Notes: generated from the sequence alone by a model not told the origin. DNA of 64,000 nt from Felis catus (GCF_018350175.1 NC_058368.1:233742001-233806000), one strand, 5' to 3'. Counted from the first letter of the stretch, positions 50,522-63,261 are shown. Program-made: numbers and translations.

Positions 50522-51819
50522 AAGTTTTTATTTAAATTTCAGACAGTTAACATACAGTTTCATATGAGTTTCAGGAGTAGAATATAGTGATTCAAGACTT
50601 CCATGAATAGAGAATAGACACTTCTCTAAAGAAGACATCTGGATGGCCAACAGGCACATGAAAAGATGCTCAACGTCGCTCCTCATCAGGGAAATACAAA
50701 TCAAAACCACACTCAGATATCACCTCATGCCAGTCAGAGTGGCCAAAATGAACAAATCAGGAGACTATAGATGCTGGAGAGGATGTGGAGAAACGGGAAC
50801 CCTCTTGCACTTTTGGTGGGAATGCAAATTGGTGCAGCCACTCTGGAAAACAGTGTGGAGGTTCCTCAGAAAATTAAAAATAGACCTACCCTAGGACCCA
50901 GCAATAGCACTGCCAGGAATTTACCCAAGGGATACAGGAGTACTGATGCATAGGGGCACTTGTACCCCAATGTTTATAGCAGCACTCTCAACAATAGCCA
51001 AATTATGGAAAGAGCCTAAATGCCCATCAACTGATGAATGGATAAAGAAGTTGTGGTTTATATACACAATGGACTACTACGTGGCAATGAGAAAGAATGA
51101 AATATGGCCCTTTGTAGCAACATGGATGGAAATGGAGAGTGTGATGCCAAGTGAAATAAGCCATACAGAGAAAGACAGATACCATATGGTTTCACTCTTA
51201 TGTGGATCCTGAGAAACTTAACAGAAACCCATGGAGGAGGGGAAGGAAAAAAAAAAAGAGGTTAGAGTGGGAGAGAGCCAAAGCATAAGAGACTCTTAAA
51301 AACTGAGAAGAAACTGAGGGCTGATGGGGGGTTGGAGGGAGGGGAGGGTGGGTGATGGGCATTGAGGAGGGCACCTTTTGGGATGAGCATTGGGTGTTGT
51401 ATGGAAACCAATTGGACAATAAATTTCATATATTGAAAAAAAGTTTTTATTTAAATTTCAGACAGTTAACATACAGTTTCATATGAGTTTCAGGAGTAGA
51501 ATATAGTGATTCAAGACTTCCATGCCTCACCCGGTGCTCATCACAAGTGCCCTCCTTAATCCCCATCACCTGTTTCATTCATCTCCCCCCCCCACCACCA
51601 CCACCATCGGTTTGTTCTCTACAGTTAAGAGTCTGTTTCTTGGTTTGTCTCTCTCTCTCTTTATTTTCCCCTTTGCTTGTTTGTTTTATTTCTTAAATTT
51701 CACATAGGAGTAAAATCATATGGTATTTGTCCCTCTGAATGACTTATTTTGCTTAGCATGATACTCTCCAGCTCCAGACACTTGAAAAGATGCTCAACAT
51801 CTCTGATCATCAGGGAAAT
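50522..51819 (-). mobile_element. Older carnivore L1 3' end with a 5' inversion; host of the young L1
   Basis: Antisense 3'UTR (50524-50605, resuming 51443-51775), short sense piece (~51776-51819), TSD atttaa(ca/tg)atttttaaa. Confidence 0.8.
50606..51437 (+). mobile_element. Young 5'-truncated felid L1 flanked by an 87-bp direct repeat
   Basis: ORF2 C-terminus ([29 protein letters not shown]) plus 3'UTR; flanks 50519-50605 and 51438-51524 are identical. Confidence 0.95.
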
Positions 51820-51844
51820 ATTTAATGATTTTTAAATACATGCA

Positions 51845-52042
51845 TTTATTTTATTTTTAAAAATTTTCTTGAGAGAGAGAAACAACACAAGCAGGGAAGA
51901 GGGCAGAGGGAGGGGGAGAGAGAGAATCTTAAGAAGACTCTGTGCTCCGTGCAGAGCCTGATGAGGGGCTCGACCCACGACCATGAGATCATGACCTGAA
52001 ATCAAGAGTCGGTCGTTCAACCGCCTGAACCACCCAGGCGCT
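51845..52042 (-). mobile_element. CAN-SINE
   Basis: Reverse SINEC. Confidence 0.88.
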
Positions 52043-52839
52043 CTGAAATATATACTTATTTTAAAATTTCATTTAAGTCAGTTTTTACTATCTGCTTGGT
52101 ATGTATTGAACATGAATCTAAGAAACGGTAAAGGTTCATTGACACTATCTTGAATTATGTCTTAAAATAGTAGTCTGACAGTTCTGATTTTTACAAAGAA
52201 AAATGGCTTTGTTGCAACAAGACTCTGCAGATAGTAATGAGCGACTCAGAAGATATGTGTGTGCGCACACACACACACACACAGGCACACACAACCATGT
52301 GAACATGCTGGAGAGCGACCAGCAGGCATGAACTAGGGAGCTGACCTATCTCCTCCAAGAAGGAAGCGCACTGAGCAGGGTCATGTTCGTCCAAGTTTTC
52401 ACCTGCAGGCACCCCCACAGCATGTGCTCTGGCGGATGGAACTGGAACGGGGAAGCCACAGTCTCACTGACTTGAGGCATCAGAAGATGAGTTTGGGATC
52501 TGCTGGAACAGTGACAGGTGGATGAGATGCGGAAAAGGAGGGACCCGGAGAAGCAGAGGTCCCAAATCTGCGTATAAATATCCACTGATGCTTCCCTGAA
52601 CCCTGCACTGCCCGTGCATGGAGGCAGCATAAGGCAACATGAATCACTGAGAGAGCGGAGCAGAAAATGTGACTGCCGCTCATCTCGGGAAAAATAAACT
52701 TTGGAGTGTGAGTTCCACCATGCTAGAGGGAGTCCCCCCAAAAGGCCCCTGCTCTAGGGTAGAAGGTCAAAAGGATTCTCCTTATGACTAAGGTAGAAGC
52801 TGAAACTCTTAGCTAACACATAAAGCCTGCTGATTGTTA

Positions 52840-53061
52840 GGGGCGCCTGGGAGGCTCAGTGGGTTAAGCGTCTGACTTCGGCTCAGGTTGTGTTTTCACA
52901 GTTCATGAGTTCGAGCCCCGCCTGGGGCTCTGTGCTGACAGCTCAGAGCCTGGATCCTGCTTCGGATTCTGTGTCTCCCTCTCTCTCTGCCCCCACCACA
53001 ACCGCCCCCCCCGCCACTCACACCATGTTTCTATCTCTCAAAAATAAAATAAACATAAAAA
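52840..53061 (+). mobile_element. CAN-SINE (feliform)
   Basis: Perfect TSD aaagcctgctgattgt. Confidence 0.94.
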
Positions 53062-53121
53062 AAAGCCTGCTGATTGTGAAAGGTATTGGCTGATAACTGC
53101 CTCCTGAAACAAAAGTCAACT

Positions 53122-53308
53122 CTTTTTCTTAAAATGTTTATTTATTTACTTTGGGAGAGAGAGAGCACATGCCCACGTGATCAGGAGAGGGGCCGGGAGA
53201 GAGGGGGAGAGAGAATCCCAAGCAGGCTCCCTGCTCAGGGAGGAGCTCATGACCTGAGCCAAAAGCAAGAGTTAGATGCTGAACCGACTGAGTCACCCAG
53301 GCGCCACC
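53122..53308 (-). mobile_element. CAN-SINE (diverged, internally deleted)
   Basis: Reverse SINEC, TSD-like aaa(g/a)tcaactctt. Confidence 0.85.
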
Positions 53309-53861
53309 CAAAATCAACTCTTATTAGAGGAAGATAATGCGGTCCACAATATCTACTATGTGTCACTTAAAATAGTCAACACAAAATTTAAAAATTAGCA
53401 GACGTTCAAAACAAGAAAATGTGACCTATAATCAAGAGAAAAAGCAGCCAATAGAAATTGATATTTTCCAGATGTTATATTTAGCAGACTGTGCCTCTAA
53501 AATAGCTATTATAAATATCTTCAAACATATAAAGGTAGATGTGGTCATGACAAGTAAACAGTCGGGAGTTTTACAAGGAATCGAAACTATGAAAAAGAAT
53601 TCACTGGAAATTCCAGAACTGAGAAGTAAGGTATTTGAATAAAAATTAATGGAATGGACTTAACATTATATTGCAGATGGAAGAAAAAGGGTCACTGAAT
53701 TTGAGATAGGACAATAGAGATCCAAACTAAAAAAGGAAAAAGATTTAAAGAATGAATACAATATAAATAACTTGCGAAATAGTAGCATGGGTTATGATTG
53801 ACTTCTTGTAAGAAATAATTAGAGGTCAGAAGATAATAGGATGATGTCTTTAAAGCAGAGC

Positions 53862-53914
53862 AACACACACACAGGCACACACATATACACACAGACACAC
53901 ACAGGCACACACAG

Positions 53915-53945
<31 letters not shown>

Positions 53946-54084
53946 GGGACACAAAGATGCACACAGACCCACACATGCACACACACACACATGCACACAG
54001 ACCCACACACACATAGGCACACACATAGGCACACACAGACACACAAACACAGATGCACACAGACCCACACACTCACAGACACAG

Positions 54085-54115
<31 letters not shown>
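53862..54115. repeat. Compound degenerate (CA)n tract
   Basis: About 250 bp of interrupted CA repeats. Confidence 0.95.
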
Positions 54116-54330
54116 TATTAACTAAGAACTCTGTACAAAGGAAAATGCAAACTTGAAATGCTTTTACATTACATAAGATCTAAAAAAATTAATTGCCAGG
54201 AGACCTGATAATGGAAATTATTCAGGCTGAAGAAAAGTGATATCAGATGGAAATTCAAATCTTAACTTATCTAAAAAACCCTAATTATTTAAAGCAAAAG
54301 CAACTACACTATAACATGAGATTTGGAGGG

Positions 54331-54998
54331 CAGGCATTTCTCACTTAATTGTGCCTGCTTAACTGGGCTTCACAGATACTGGGTTTTTTACAAATGGAAG
54401 GTGTGTGCCACCCTGCCTCGAGCAAGTCTATCAGAGCCCTTTTTCCAACAGCAGTCACTCATTTCGTGTCTCGGTCACATTTTTCACAATATTTCAAGCT
54501 TTTTCATCATTAAAAGATTTGTTATGGTGATCTACAATGGGAGATGGCAGCTTACTACAAGCCCAAGTGATGATTAACGTTTTATAGGAATAAAGTCATC
54601 AACTATTCTATCGGTATTTGTAAAAAAGTTTATTTATTTATTTTGAGAGAGAGAGAGAGAGAGAGCATGCACAAGAAGGGGCAGAGAGAGAATCCCAAGC
54701 AGGTTCCGTGTAGTCAGCACAGAGCCCGACTCGGGGCTGAAATTCACAAATCGCGAGATCGTGACCTGAGCGGAAATCAAGAGTCAACACACTTAACTGA
54801 CTGAGCCACCCAGGCACCCCTAAACTATTTTTAAATTAAAGTATGTACATTGTCTTTTAAGAGATGTTATGGCACACTTAAGAGACTACAGTATAGTATA
54901 AATGTAATTTTAATTAAAAATATATATATAACAAAAACATTCATTTGACTCACTATATTATTATTGCAGCGGTCTAGAATTGAACCCACAATATGTTC
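54331..54998 (+). mobile_element. Internally deleted Tigger1 derivative (Tigger1a-like MITE), split by a SINE; 3' TIR missing
   Basis: 5' caggcat..cttcacagatactg..tttttacaaatggaagg; 3' gactacagtatagt..ttattgcagcggtctagaattgaacccacaatat. Confidence 0.8.
54610..54820 (-). mobile_element. CAN-SINE
   Basis: Reverse SINEC inside the Tigger element. Confidence 0.9.
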
Positions 54999-55710
54999 AT
55001 TGGAAAATGAACAGTGTCTCTATACATAAAATCATCATTAGTCATGCAATTACTGGGACTTGTCCTTTCTATGGCAAATTCAGTAACACTTTTTCACTTT
55101 CCTTTTATAAAAAGATAATACATAACACAGTATTGTCAGGGTCTGCTTGTAGATGCTTCATAAAATTTATAATAACAGCAAAAAATAGGTGGGTAAAATA
55201 AATTATGAAACCATTAAAAATAAGTGGGTAGGTTAAGCTATACCTTGTAAGCTTTTATAGTCTATGTGAAGAAATACTAGGTTTAAATAGAAAGCGATAA
55301 ATAACAGTGTATGTTTTAAGTCCTAGAATAATTACCAAAAAAAATGCAAAGTATAAGTAAAAAGCCAGTAGACATATTGGATTGTAATTCTAATTCTAAC
55401 AGTAAAGAAGGGCAGGAAGAGAGGAACACTGGAATAAAAACCAGATGAAACAAATCAAAAATACATTTCAAAGCGGTAGAACTATTCACAACCACATCAA
55501 CAATTGCCTTAAATGTAAACAGATTAAACACTCCATTGCCTTTTAAAGGCAGAGATTGGAAGCTCAGATTAAAAAATGTAAGATCCAGCTATATATTGAA
55601 CAAAGAAAACTCACTTTAAATATGAAGTCTCAGGTGAAATGTATAAAGATGCAAAAATATGTACCAAAGTAAGAATAAGGAAGCTGGTGTAATTAAAATC
55701 AGAAAAGGTA

Positions 55711-55896
55711 GGGGCGCCTGGGAGGCTCAGGTGGTTAGGGGAATGACTTTGGCTCAGGTCATGATCTTGCAGTTTGTGAGTTTGAGCCCCGCTTCCAGCT
55801 CTGTGCGGACAGCTCGGATTCTGTGTCTCCCTCTCTCTCTGCCCCTCCCCCGCTCATGCTCTGTGTCTGTCTCTCAATAATAACTAGACATTAAAA
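55711..55896 (+). mobile_element. CAN-SINE
   Basis: TSD-like aaaatca(g/c)aaaa(g/a)gtag. Confidence 0.9.
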
Positions 55897-55954
55897 AAAA
55901 TCACAAAAAGTAGAATTTAAGGAGTATTACTAGAAAGGATGAAGGGCATTTTTT

Positions 55955-56171
55955 TTAAATTTTTTTTTCAACGTTTATTTATTTTTGGGACAGAGAGAGA
56001 CAGAGCATGAACGGGGAAGGGGCAGAGAGAGAGGGAGACACAGAATCGGAAACAGGCTCCAGGCTCTGAGCCATCAGCCCAGAGCCCAATGCGGGGCTCG
56101 AACTCATGGACCGAAAGATCGTGACCTGGCTGAAGTCGGAAGCTTAACCGACTGTGCCACCCAGGCGCCCC
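55955..56171 (-). mobile_element. Young felid SINE (SINEC_Fc-type)
   Basis: Perfect TSD tgaagggcattttt. Confidence 0.95.
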
Positions 56172-56346
56172 TGAAGGGCATTTTTTAGTATTAAAAGATT
56201 CATTTCACCAGGAACACGTAACCAATCACACACCGAAATCAGTACCCTACATCTGTTAGGGTAAAGGACGGGTGCGTATATTCAGGACTTTTGTGAAGGC
56301 AACCATTTTTAGGTCACCAAAGTACTCCACATGAAGAGAAAATATT

Positions 56347-56556
56347 GGGGGTGGCTGGGTGGCTCAGTTAATTAAGCATCTGAATCTTGATTTTGGCTCA
56401 GGTCATGATCTCACCATGAGATCAAGCCGTGTGTTGGGCTATGAACTGACAGAGTGAAACCTGCCTGGGATTCTGTCTCTTCCAGCTCTATGTCCCTCCT
56501 CTGCTCTCTCTCTTCACCTCCAACTCAAAAATAAGTAAATAAACATTAAAAATAAA
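56347..56556 (+). mobile_element. CAN-SINE
   Basis: Diverged SINEC. Confidence 0.87.
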
Positions 56557-58093
56557 ACATCGACAAATTGTGTATTATTTCAAAACAGTTCTATGCATCG
56601 AAAGTCACTACTAAAAAAAAAAAGCAAACCACAGAATAGGATAAAATATATGCACTATGTACATTTGAGAAAGGTCTTAGATCCAGAATTTACAAAGAAT
56701 TCTTACAGCTTAATAAAAAGAGAAAACAACCCAAAGAAGAATGCGCAAAAGACCTGAACAGCTGCTTTACAAAGAAGATATAAAAATGACCATTAAGCAC
56801 CTGAAAAGATGTTCAACGAGATCAAAATTACATCCACAATGAGAGAGCATTGCACACCGCTCCGATGGTTACAAGCAGAGGCGAACACCAAAGCCTGAGC
56901 GCCGTGGGGCGACTGAAGCCTTCATCCATGTGAAATGTTACTTTGGAAAAAACAGTTTAGCAGTTCCTGATAAATTTCAGTGTCTACCAAGCTTATGATC
57001 CAACAATCCCACGCACAGGAGTTTAACGAAGAAAAAGGAAACCCTGAAAACAACCTTGAACGAGAATGTTTATAAGAGCTTTTCCAATGATCAGCAAACC
57101 CTGGAAAAGACCCATCTGTCCGTCGACTGGGTAATTCATAAAAGGTCATGGTATAGTTATACGATGGAATCACTATTCGCCAATTAACGAAAACAAACAG
57201 GAATCACGGGCACAAACAATGGTATGAATGCATCTCAAGAACCACGAGCAAAAGAAACCAGGCACAGAAACAGTACAGTCTGCATGATTCCATTTATTGG
57301 AGCTGAAGAATGGGTAAGGTCTTGGTGACACAAATCAAAACAGTGGTTGTCCAAGGGGGATGGGAACTAACCGGATGGGAGTCAAACCGCTAATAAGAGG
57401 TCTGTTTGGGAGGTGATGGAAATGTTCTCTGCCTGGATAGGCGTGTACATCGATCGAACCTCACTGCATTCCGTGCTTCAGACCTGTATGTGGAAAAAAA
57501 AGAAGTATTTTGTAGGTTGGAATACTTATACAGAAATAAATCCCCATCAAATTATGCCAAAACAAAAAATACATGTGATTAATACATTACTTGAAGGACT
57601 GCTCAATTTTGCAGTGATATATATCTAATGTAAAAAATTACATTTTAGGGGATGTGTTCATTTGAAGTTTTCGGTACTTTTCTGCCCCCTATGCTTTATA
57701 AATATTTGTACTTTGAAAATGGTAGGTATAGTATGGCATTTTAACTTTGGGTTAAAAACTCTGATCTGAAGTCAAGTTATAAAATGGGTAGGGAAGTAAT
57801 ACAACCAGTGTTAAGAACAGGAACATCTAAAATGTTTCATTTAATATACAACACATGTGGAAATTAAAAAAAATTTTTTTCTTATATTCAGAGATACCAA
57901 AATAAATGAGGAAAAATGTACTACATATGACACTGAAACATCAGTGATCAAAATGAAAAATCATAACAATTTTCAGTAATAAACTTGCTACGATATTAAA
58001 TATTCATTCAACACACCTCATGCGAAAGTAAATATTTAATTTAGTTGAGCTAGGTAATGGTCTAAAGTATAAGTACATTCAAATAGTGAAGTC

Positions 58094-58312
58094 GGGGCAC
58101 CTGTGTGGCTCTCAGGTGGTTAAGCCTCCGACTTCGGCTCAGGTCACGATCTCCTGGTCTGTGAGTTCGAGCCCCGCGTTGGGCTCTGTGCTGACAGCTC
58201 AGAGCCTGGAGCCTGCTTCGGATTCTGTGTCTCCGTCTCTCTCTGCCCCTCCCCCACTGGCACTCTGTCTCTCCTTCTCTCAAAAATAAATAAACATTAA
58301 AAAAATTTATTT
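58094..58312 (+). mobile_element. CAN-SINE (feliform)
   Basis: TSD aaata(g/a)tgaag(t/c)c. Confidence 0.93.
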
Positions 58313-59069
58313 CTAAATAATGAAGCCATTGGTCTCTTTCAGAAGTGCGTAATTCAAGTAATTAAATCCTAAATCCTATAGATTATTTCTCCCACTTTCT
58401 GATTTGTTCTCTTTTCTTGCCAGGCCTGTTCCCCACCTCTTAAATCAGTAAAGTGTCCTCCCCAAGATCGTAGATTCCCGAAAATAGGGGCTCTCTTCTT
58501 TTCAGAGTTTTTTTCCCTTGAAATCTCCAGAAACCTACTTCAGCGAGAGAGACGAGTGGAAGAACATCTTTTCACATGAACCTCAGGCACAGCTAGCTCC
58601 GAGAAGCATCCCATCCTGGCCTGAGTGTGCCCCTGTGACCCAAGATGCCCGCTGATTCTCAGGTGGAATATAAACATGGGGTAAACTTGAATAATGATCA
58701 GCGCCCCGTCCATTCATGCTACTTCCTTGGAACAGTAACCACGCAGAAGTGACCTTCCCCACTCATCCTTGAGAGGAGGTACAGGGTTGTCATGAGTTTT
58801 TTAGATAGTCTTCGATGGTTGTTTTCATTAGAGACCTGTCCAGAAAGGTCCGTGTGAGCGCGGGGGCATTAATTATTCTGGGATTTATGTACCCTTCCTG
58901 CACCTTGCGCCATAATTCTTGTTGTGTGTATGTGCACATGCATTTGATTATGTCAACCTAAATCGTATAGGAAATATATTCCCGACCTTTGTCTTCAAGG
59001 AATATGATTTGTTATTTGATGGAAGTTTGGAATTTGAAGGACCAATCGGTCATATAACGGCTGTGAGTT

Positions 59070-59272
59070 GTTGTGGTTTTTTTTGATGTTTTTATGTTTA
59101 TTTATTTTTGGGAGAGAGAGTAGAAGACAGGCAGAGAGATGGGGGGACAAAGGATCCAAAGAGTGCTCTGCGCTGACAGCACAGAGCCCGACGTGGGGCT
59201 CGAACTCACAAACCGTGGGATCATGACCTGAGCCAGTCAGACGCTTAACCGACTGAGCCACAACGGTGCCCC
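59070..59272 (-). mobile_element. CAN-SINE
   Basis: Reverse SINEC, TSD gct(g/a)tgagt. Confidence 0.9.
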
Positions 59273-61116
59273 AGCTATGAGTGTTTAAACAGCATTTTCT
59301 AAATCATCTGAGTATACACGTACAGCCCATGATAATCACTCCATTCACTTGGATGATTTAGACACCTCCAAGGTGAGCATATAGTCCACAACCACGAAAA
59401 CGATCATAATTAAACTTCCTGGAGGGGTGTCTCCAATTTTATAACCTAACTTAGGAAAAACACAGAGAAACCTCGAGAGCGTCCAAGTAAGGCAACAAAA
59501 AGATCACTGCGTGTTGGAAAATGAACAGCGTCTCTATATGCAAAGCCATCATTGGTCGTGCCATTACTGGGACGTGTCCTTTCTACGGCAAATTCAGTAA
59601 CACTTTTTCATTTTCCTTTTATGAAAAGATAATACGTATTTGAGAAGACTGTTTGGGACTTATGATATGAAGTTATGAAGATGTAAAAATGGAACGCATC
59701 GAAACCAAACTTGCCTTATTAGCACGGCGCTCGGAATAACAGAGCCACCAGTCAGATACGATTCAAAACGTGCATCGTGATGCACTCTCGGTGCCTTCGT
59801 GAAATTGGTACCGCAGCGGTGGGGCTCTGCCATCACTTCGTTATTGTTGACTGCGTCAGCCCCAGAATGATGGAAAAGAAAACGATTCCTTACGGGCTTC
59901 TGCAACGTTGTCAATGAGGAGAGACGGAGACACCACAGAGATGAGTGAGACGTGAAAGTGACTGAGGCAGATGGGGCATCCAGTCACTGCAGCCATGCCA
60001 GTCCAGGAAACAATGACCATCAGTGACCCTTTGCTAGCTAGATTTTCTGCAAGGTATTTGAAGAGTTCCCCTTCCCAGTAGGGCTGAACTGTGGTCTTCG
60101 TGCCTGAACATGGCTGGGCTACTGTTTTTGTGTCTGAAGTGCATGTAAGTACCGTTACTGCTGAGAAGAAGTCGCATGCAGCTGAAAGCTGGGGAAAGAA
60201 GGAAATTTTGCAAGAATGAAAGGTGGTGATGGTGGCTGGTGGAAGGTGGGGGGTGGGTGGTGGTGAGGAAAGGAGTCAGGCAATGAGCAGAAAGAGTGTG
60301 GCAGAGACAGTGCGAGAGAGACACGAGCTCGCGGCTGTGCCTTTGTTTTCCTTCCTTCTCCCTTCTTTGTTTCTCTGCCCCCCAGGAAGTTGTTGTCACT
60401 TGTCTTACCCCAAAGCTCGTCTTCTGGAAAAGTTCCCCCGAGGTTTGAAGCATTTCCTGGATACTCTGGACAAGAGCCCTCCAGGGACATCAGCCTGGTT
60501 TGGGAATCATCGTCAACATAAGAGTGTTATCGGTAACACCATTCTTAGATTTTGTCACTGTTGGGGCTGATTGCCTCTTTCGGAAAAGTACAGTCATGAA
60601 GAAGAAACGGGAAAGAGAAAGGAAGGGAGGGAGGACAGGTATCCCGGGAGAGCTGTGCCGGACTGAAATCGAAGGTGACAAAACTAAAGGTGAGGGTGTC
60701 ACCGAGACGGGAAGAAACGGTCCAAGCAGGAGGGCTGCAAGTGAGCAGCTCGGGGGAAGGAGAATCCTGCGCGCTGTCCCTCGGGGGGCAATATGGAGGC
60801 TGTGGCGAGGACAGCGGGAGCTTGCTGAGGTCGGGTACCACTACCTTGGAGAAGAAGGATGATAGGAGAAGATCAAGGGCTCTGGAGTGAAGCAAACATA
60901 GACTTCTACTGACCGTGTGACTGCGCAGCCTTGGGCCGTGTCTTCACAGCCAGTGGGAAAAGCATCATCCTGGAATTGAAGAGAGAGAACTTATGATAAG
61001 AAACGCGGTCTCTTAGGCTAGCATCCAAAGATGCTTTTAGCACCTCACATTTACAGAATATGTTTATTCCTCTCTAATTTGACATGTTAGCCATAAAAGG
61101 CAGCCCAAATCCTTTC

Positions 61117-61336
61117 TTTTTTCTTTTAATCAATGTTTTTTATTTATTTTTGAGACAGAGAGAGACAGAGTGTGAGGGGGGGAAGGGCAGAGAGAGAGGG
61201 AGACACAGAATCCGAAGCCGGCTCCAGGCTCCGAGCTGTCAGCACAGAGCCCGACGCGGGGCTCGAACTCACGGACCGTGAGATCATGACCTGAGCCGAA
61301 GTCGACGCTTAACCGACCGAGCCACCCAGGCACCCC
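61117..61336 (-). mobile_element. CAN-SINE (feliform)
   Basis: Perfect TSD agcccaaatcctttc. Confidence 0.95.
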
Positions 61337-61619
61337 AGCCCAAATCCTTTCAACACATGAAAAAGTTATTTAAAAATTATACTGTCATTTCCTGCTGGCA
61401 GATAATGGGAAAATAAAATAAACTATAATAAAATGAGAAGGAAAAATGTTCGAGTGATGTCTATGAGGCAGGGAATATATACATTTTGTGTATTTTCTGA
61501 TACAGCCACAGAACTGGATGTGCTTGCCCACATCTATAGGCCACATAAATTAATGCAGTCCTGAGCACAAAAAAGGCTCGCTTTAGACGAAAACCAATGA
61601 AGAACTGGTTTTAGAATTC

Positions 61620-62400
61620 TCATGAATCAGGTATGGAGGATGCTCCATGAATTCACCATTCCATCTCATTCACCACTTGATGGGGGGTTCATAGGGTTGG
61701 TGTTCAGAGGTCCAGTGGCTGCTGGGAACAGATGCGCCACGTTGGGGTCAGGTAGCCTAGGAAACAAGGGAGGGGCAAAGACTTATTGTTTCTGCTCAGT
61801 GAAGATATCCTTGGCCTTGAATTACGTAATATACACACCACGACATAGCTACTCAAAATCAGCACAGTTTTTGATATTTGAACAAGTAGCATCTTGATCA
61901 TTTTCTGTTTTCTTCTGTAGAATCCTACTAGTGTGTAAAATGAATTTCTCTGTTACAATATTTATAAAATAAGGAAGTATAGAATCCTTAAATATTTTTT
62001 TTTTTTAGAATCCTTAAATATTTGACCCTCTCACCAGCTATATTTTTAGTACCTCCTGTCCACATGAACCACACTATTAATCTATTAATGTTTTCTATTC
62101 CTTTGGTCAATGTTTTTCATTGACGTTTTCCACAAACACAGAGAAGAGCCTTCTCAGGAGGTGTGTACCCTCGGAACAAGAGACTTCTTCGGTACAGTTT
62201 CAAGAAGAAACCATTTTCCCTCCAAGGCGGAAGGGATCTAATGTAATCAATCTGCCAACAAGTCTTGGCCGGTTCTCCAGAGGGATGATGGCACACACAG
62301 AGCTCACCAGTAGTCTCTGTTTCTTGCTGGCTGGACATTCCACTGTAATTGTAGACAAGTCGGCCCCGGTGCCATTGTCAGATACTTTGTCTCCTCCAAT
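61620..62400 (-). mobile_element. Decayed ERV-L/MaLR internal fragment (integrase N-terminal region)
   Basis: Minus-strand peptide GEPAKTCWQIDYIRSLPPW resembles the recalled ERVL integrase GDQPATWWQVDYIGPLP. Confidence 0.65.
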
Positions 62401-63019
62401 CAGTGCACTCTGGGTCTGAGAACTGCCTTACATCTGGGAGCTATTATCTGGAACGACCTCCGATGTCAAATGCCTTCGCCCGGATTTTCTACAAAGAGCC
62501 GGATGCTGTGTAGAGGGTCAGGAGAGAGGGAGGAGGGGGGAGGAAGGCAGGGCAGTAATGCAGGCCACGCATTACCCGATGTCACTGCCTCCCAGTGAGC
62601 TGGGAGGGGGCACGGCAGGCAGCTGTGCAGATGTGGCCCCTGAACTGGCTCTAAGGAAGAATCAGATCTCAGAGGTATCCACAGAAGGAAGGAAGTGGTG
62701 CTGAGGGAATCTCAGAGAAGTTTCCCCCCGTCTCCTTTTTCCCATTGCTCCAGATTCACTGCACGGGTAGGTATCTGCCCCATGCCCCCAGGCAGTGTTA
62801 TCTAGTCCATCAGGGACCATCTCCAGAAAGCCGGGTCCATGCCTTGTGATGTGGCATTTCAGCGACTTGGCATGGATTCGGGGACCCTCAGGGAGTGCAG
62901 CAAAGTTGGTGGTGAAGGCAGGAGACACCTCGAGAAGGAAAAAGATGGTCGGGAGAATGTGAAGAGCTGAAAGGTTTGTGTTCGACATTCCTATCTAGGC
63001 AGGAAGAGAAACCCACAAT

Positions 63020-63202
63020 CCCTAATGGAAATGACTGATATATTTGACTATATAGAACTTGCCATTTCGGGGCACCTGGGTGGCTCAGTCTGTTAAGCGT
63101 CCAACTCTTGATTTCAGCTCAAGTCAGGATCTCAGGGTTCAAGCCCTGAATCGGCCTCTGCACTGACAATATGAAGCCTGGTTGGGATTTTCTCTCTCTC
63201 CC

Positions 63203-63261
<59 letters not shown>

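Larger units (their letters stand above)
53340..57500 (+). mobile_element. Fragmented ancient L1M (ORF1-region to 3' pieces) interrupted by Tigger1, SINEs and a CA-rich tract
   Basis: ORF1-like aatagctattataaatat..gaaattccagaactgagaagt; ORF2-start-like aatgtaaacagattaaacactcca; 3'-region gacctgaacagctgctttacaaagaagat. Confidence 0.65.

Noticed and set aside
53692..54125. Cys/Val- and Thr/His-rich ORFs
   Set aside because: They are translations of a (CA)n/(TG)n tract.
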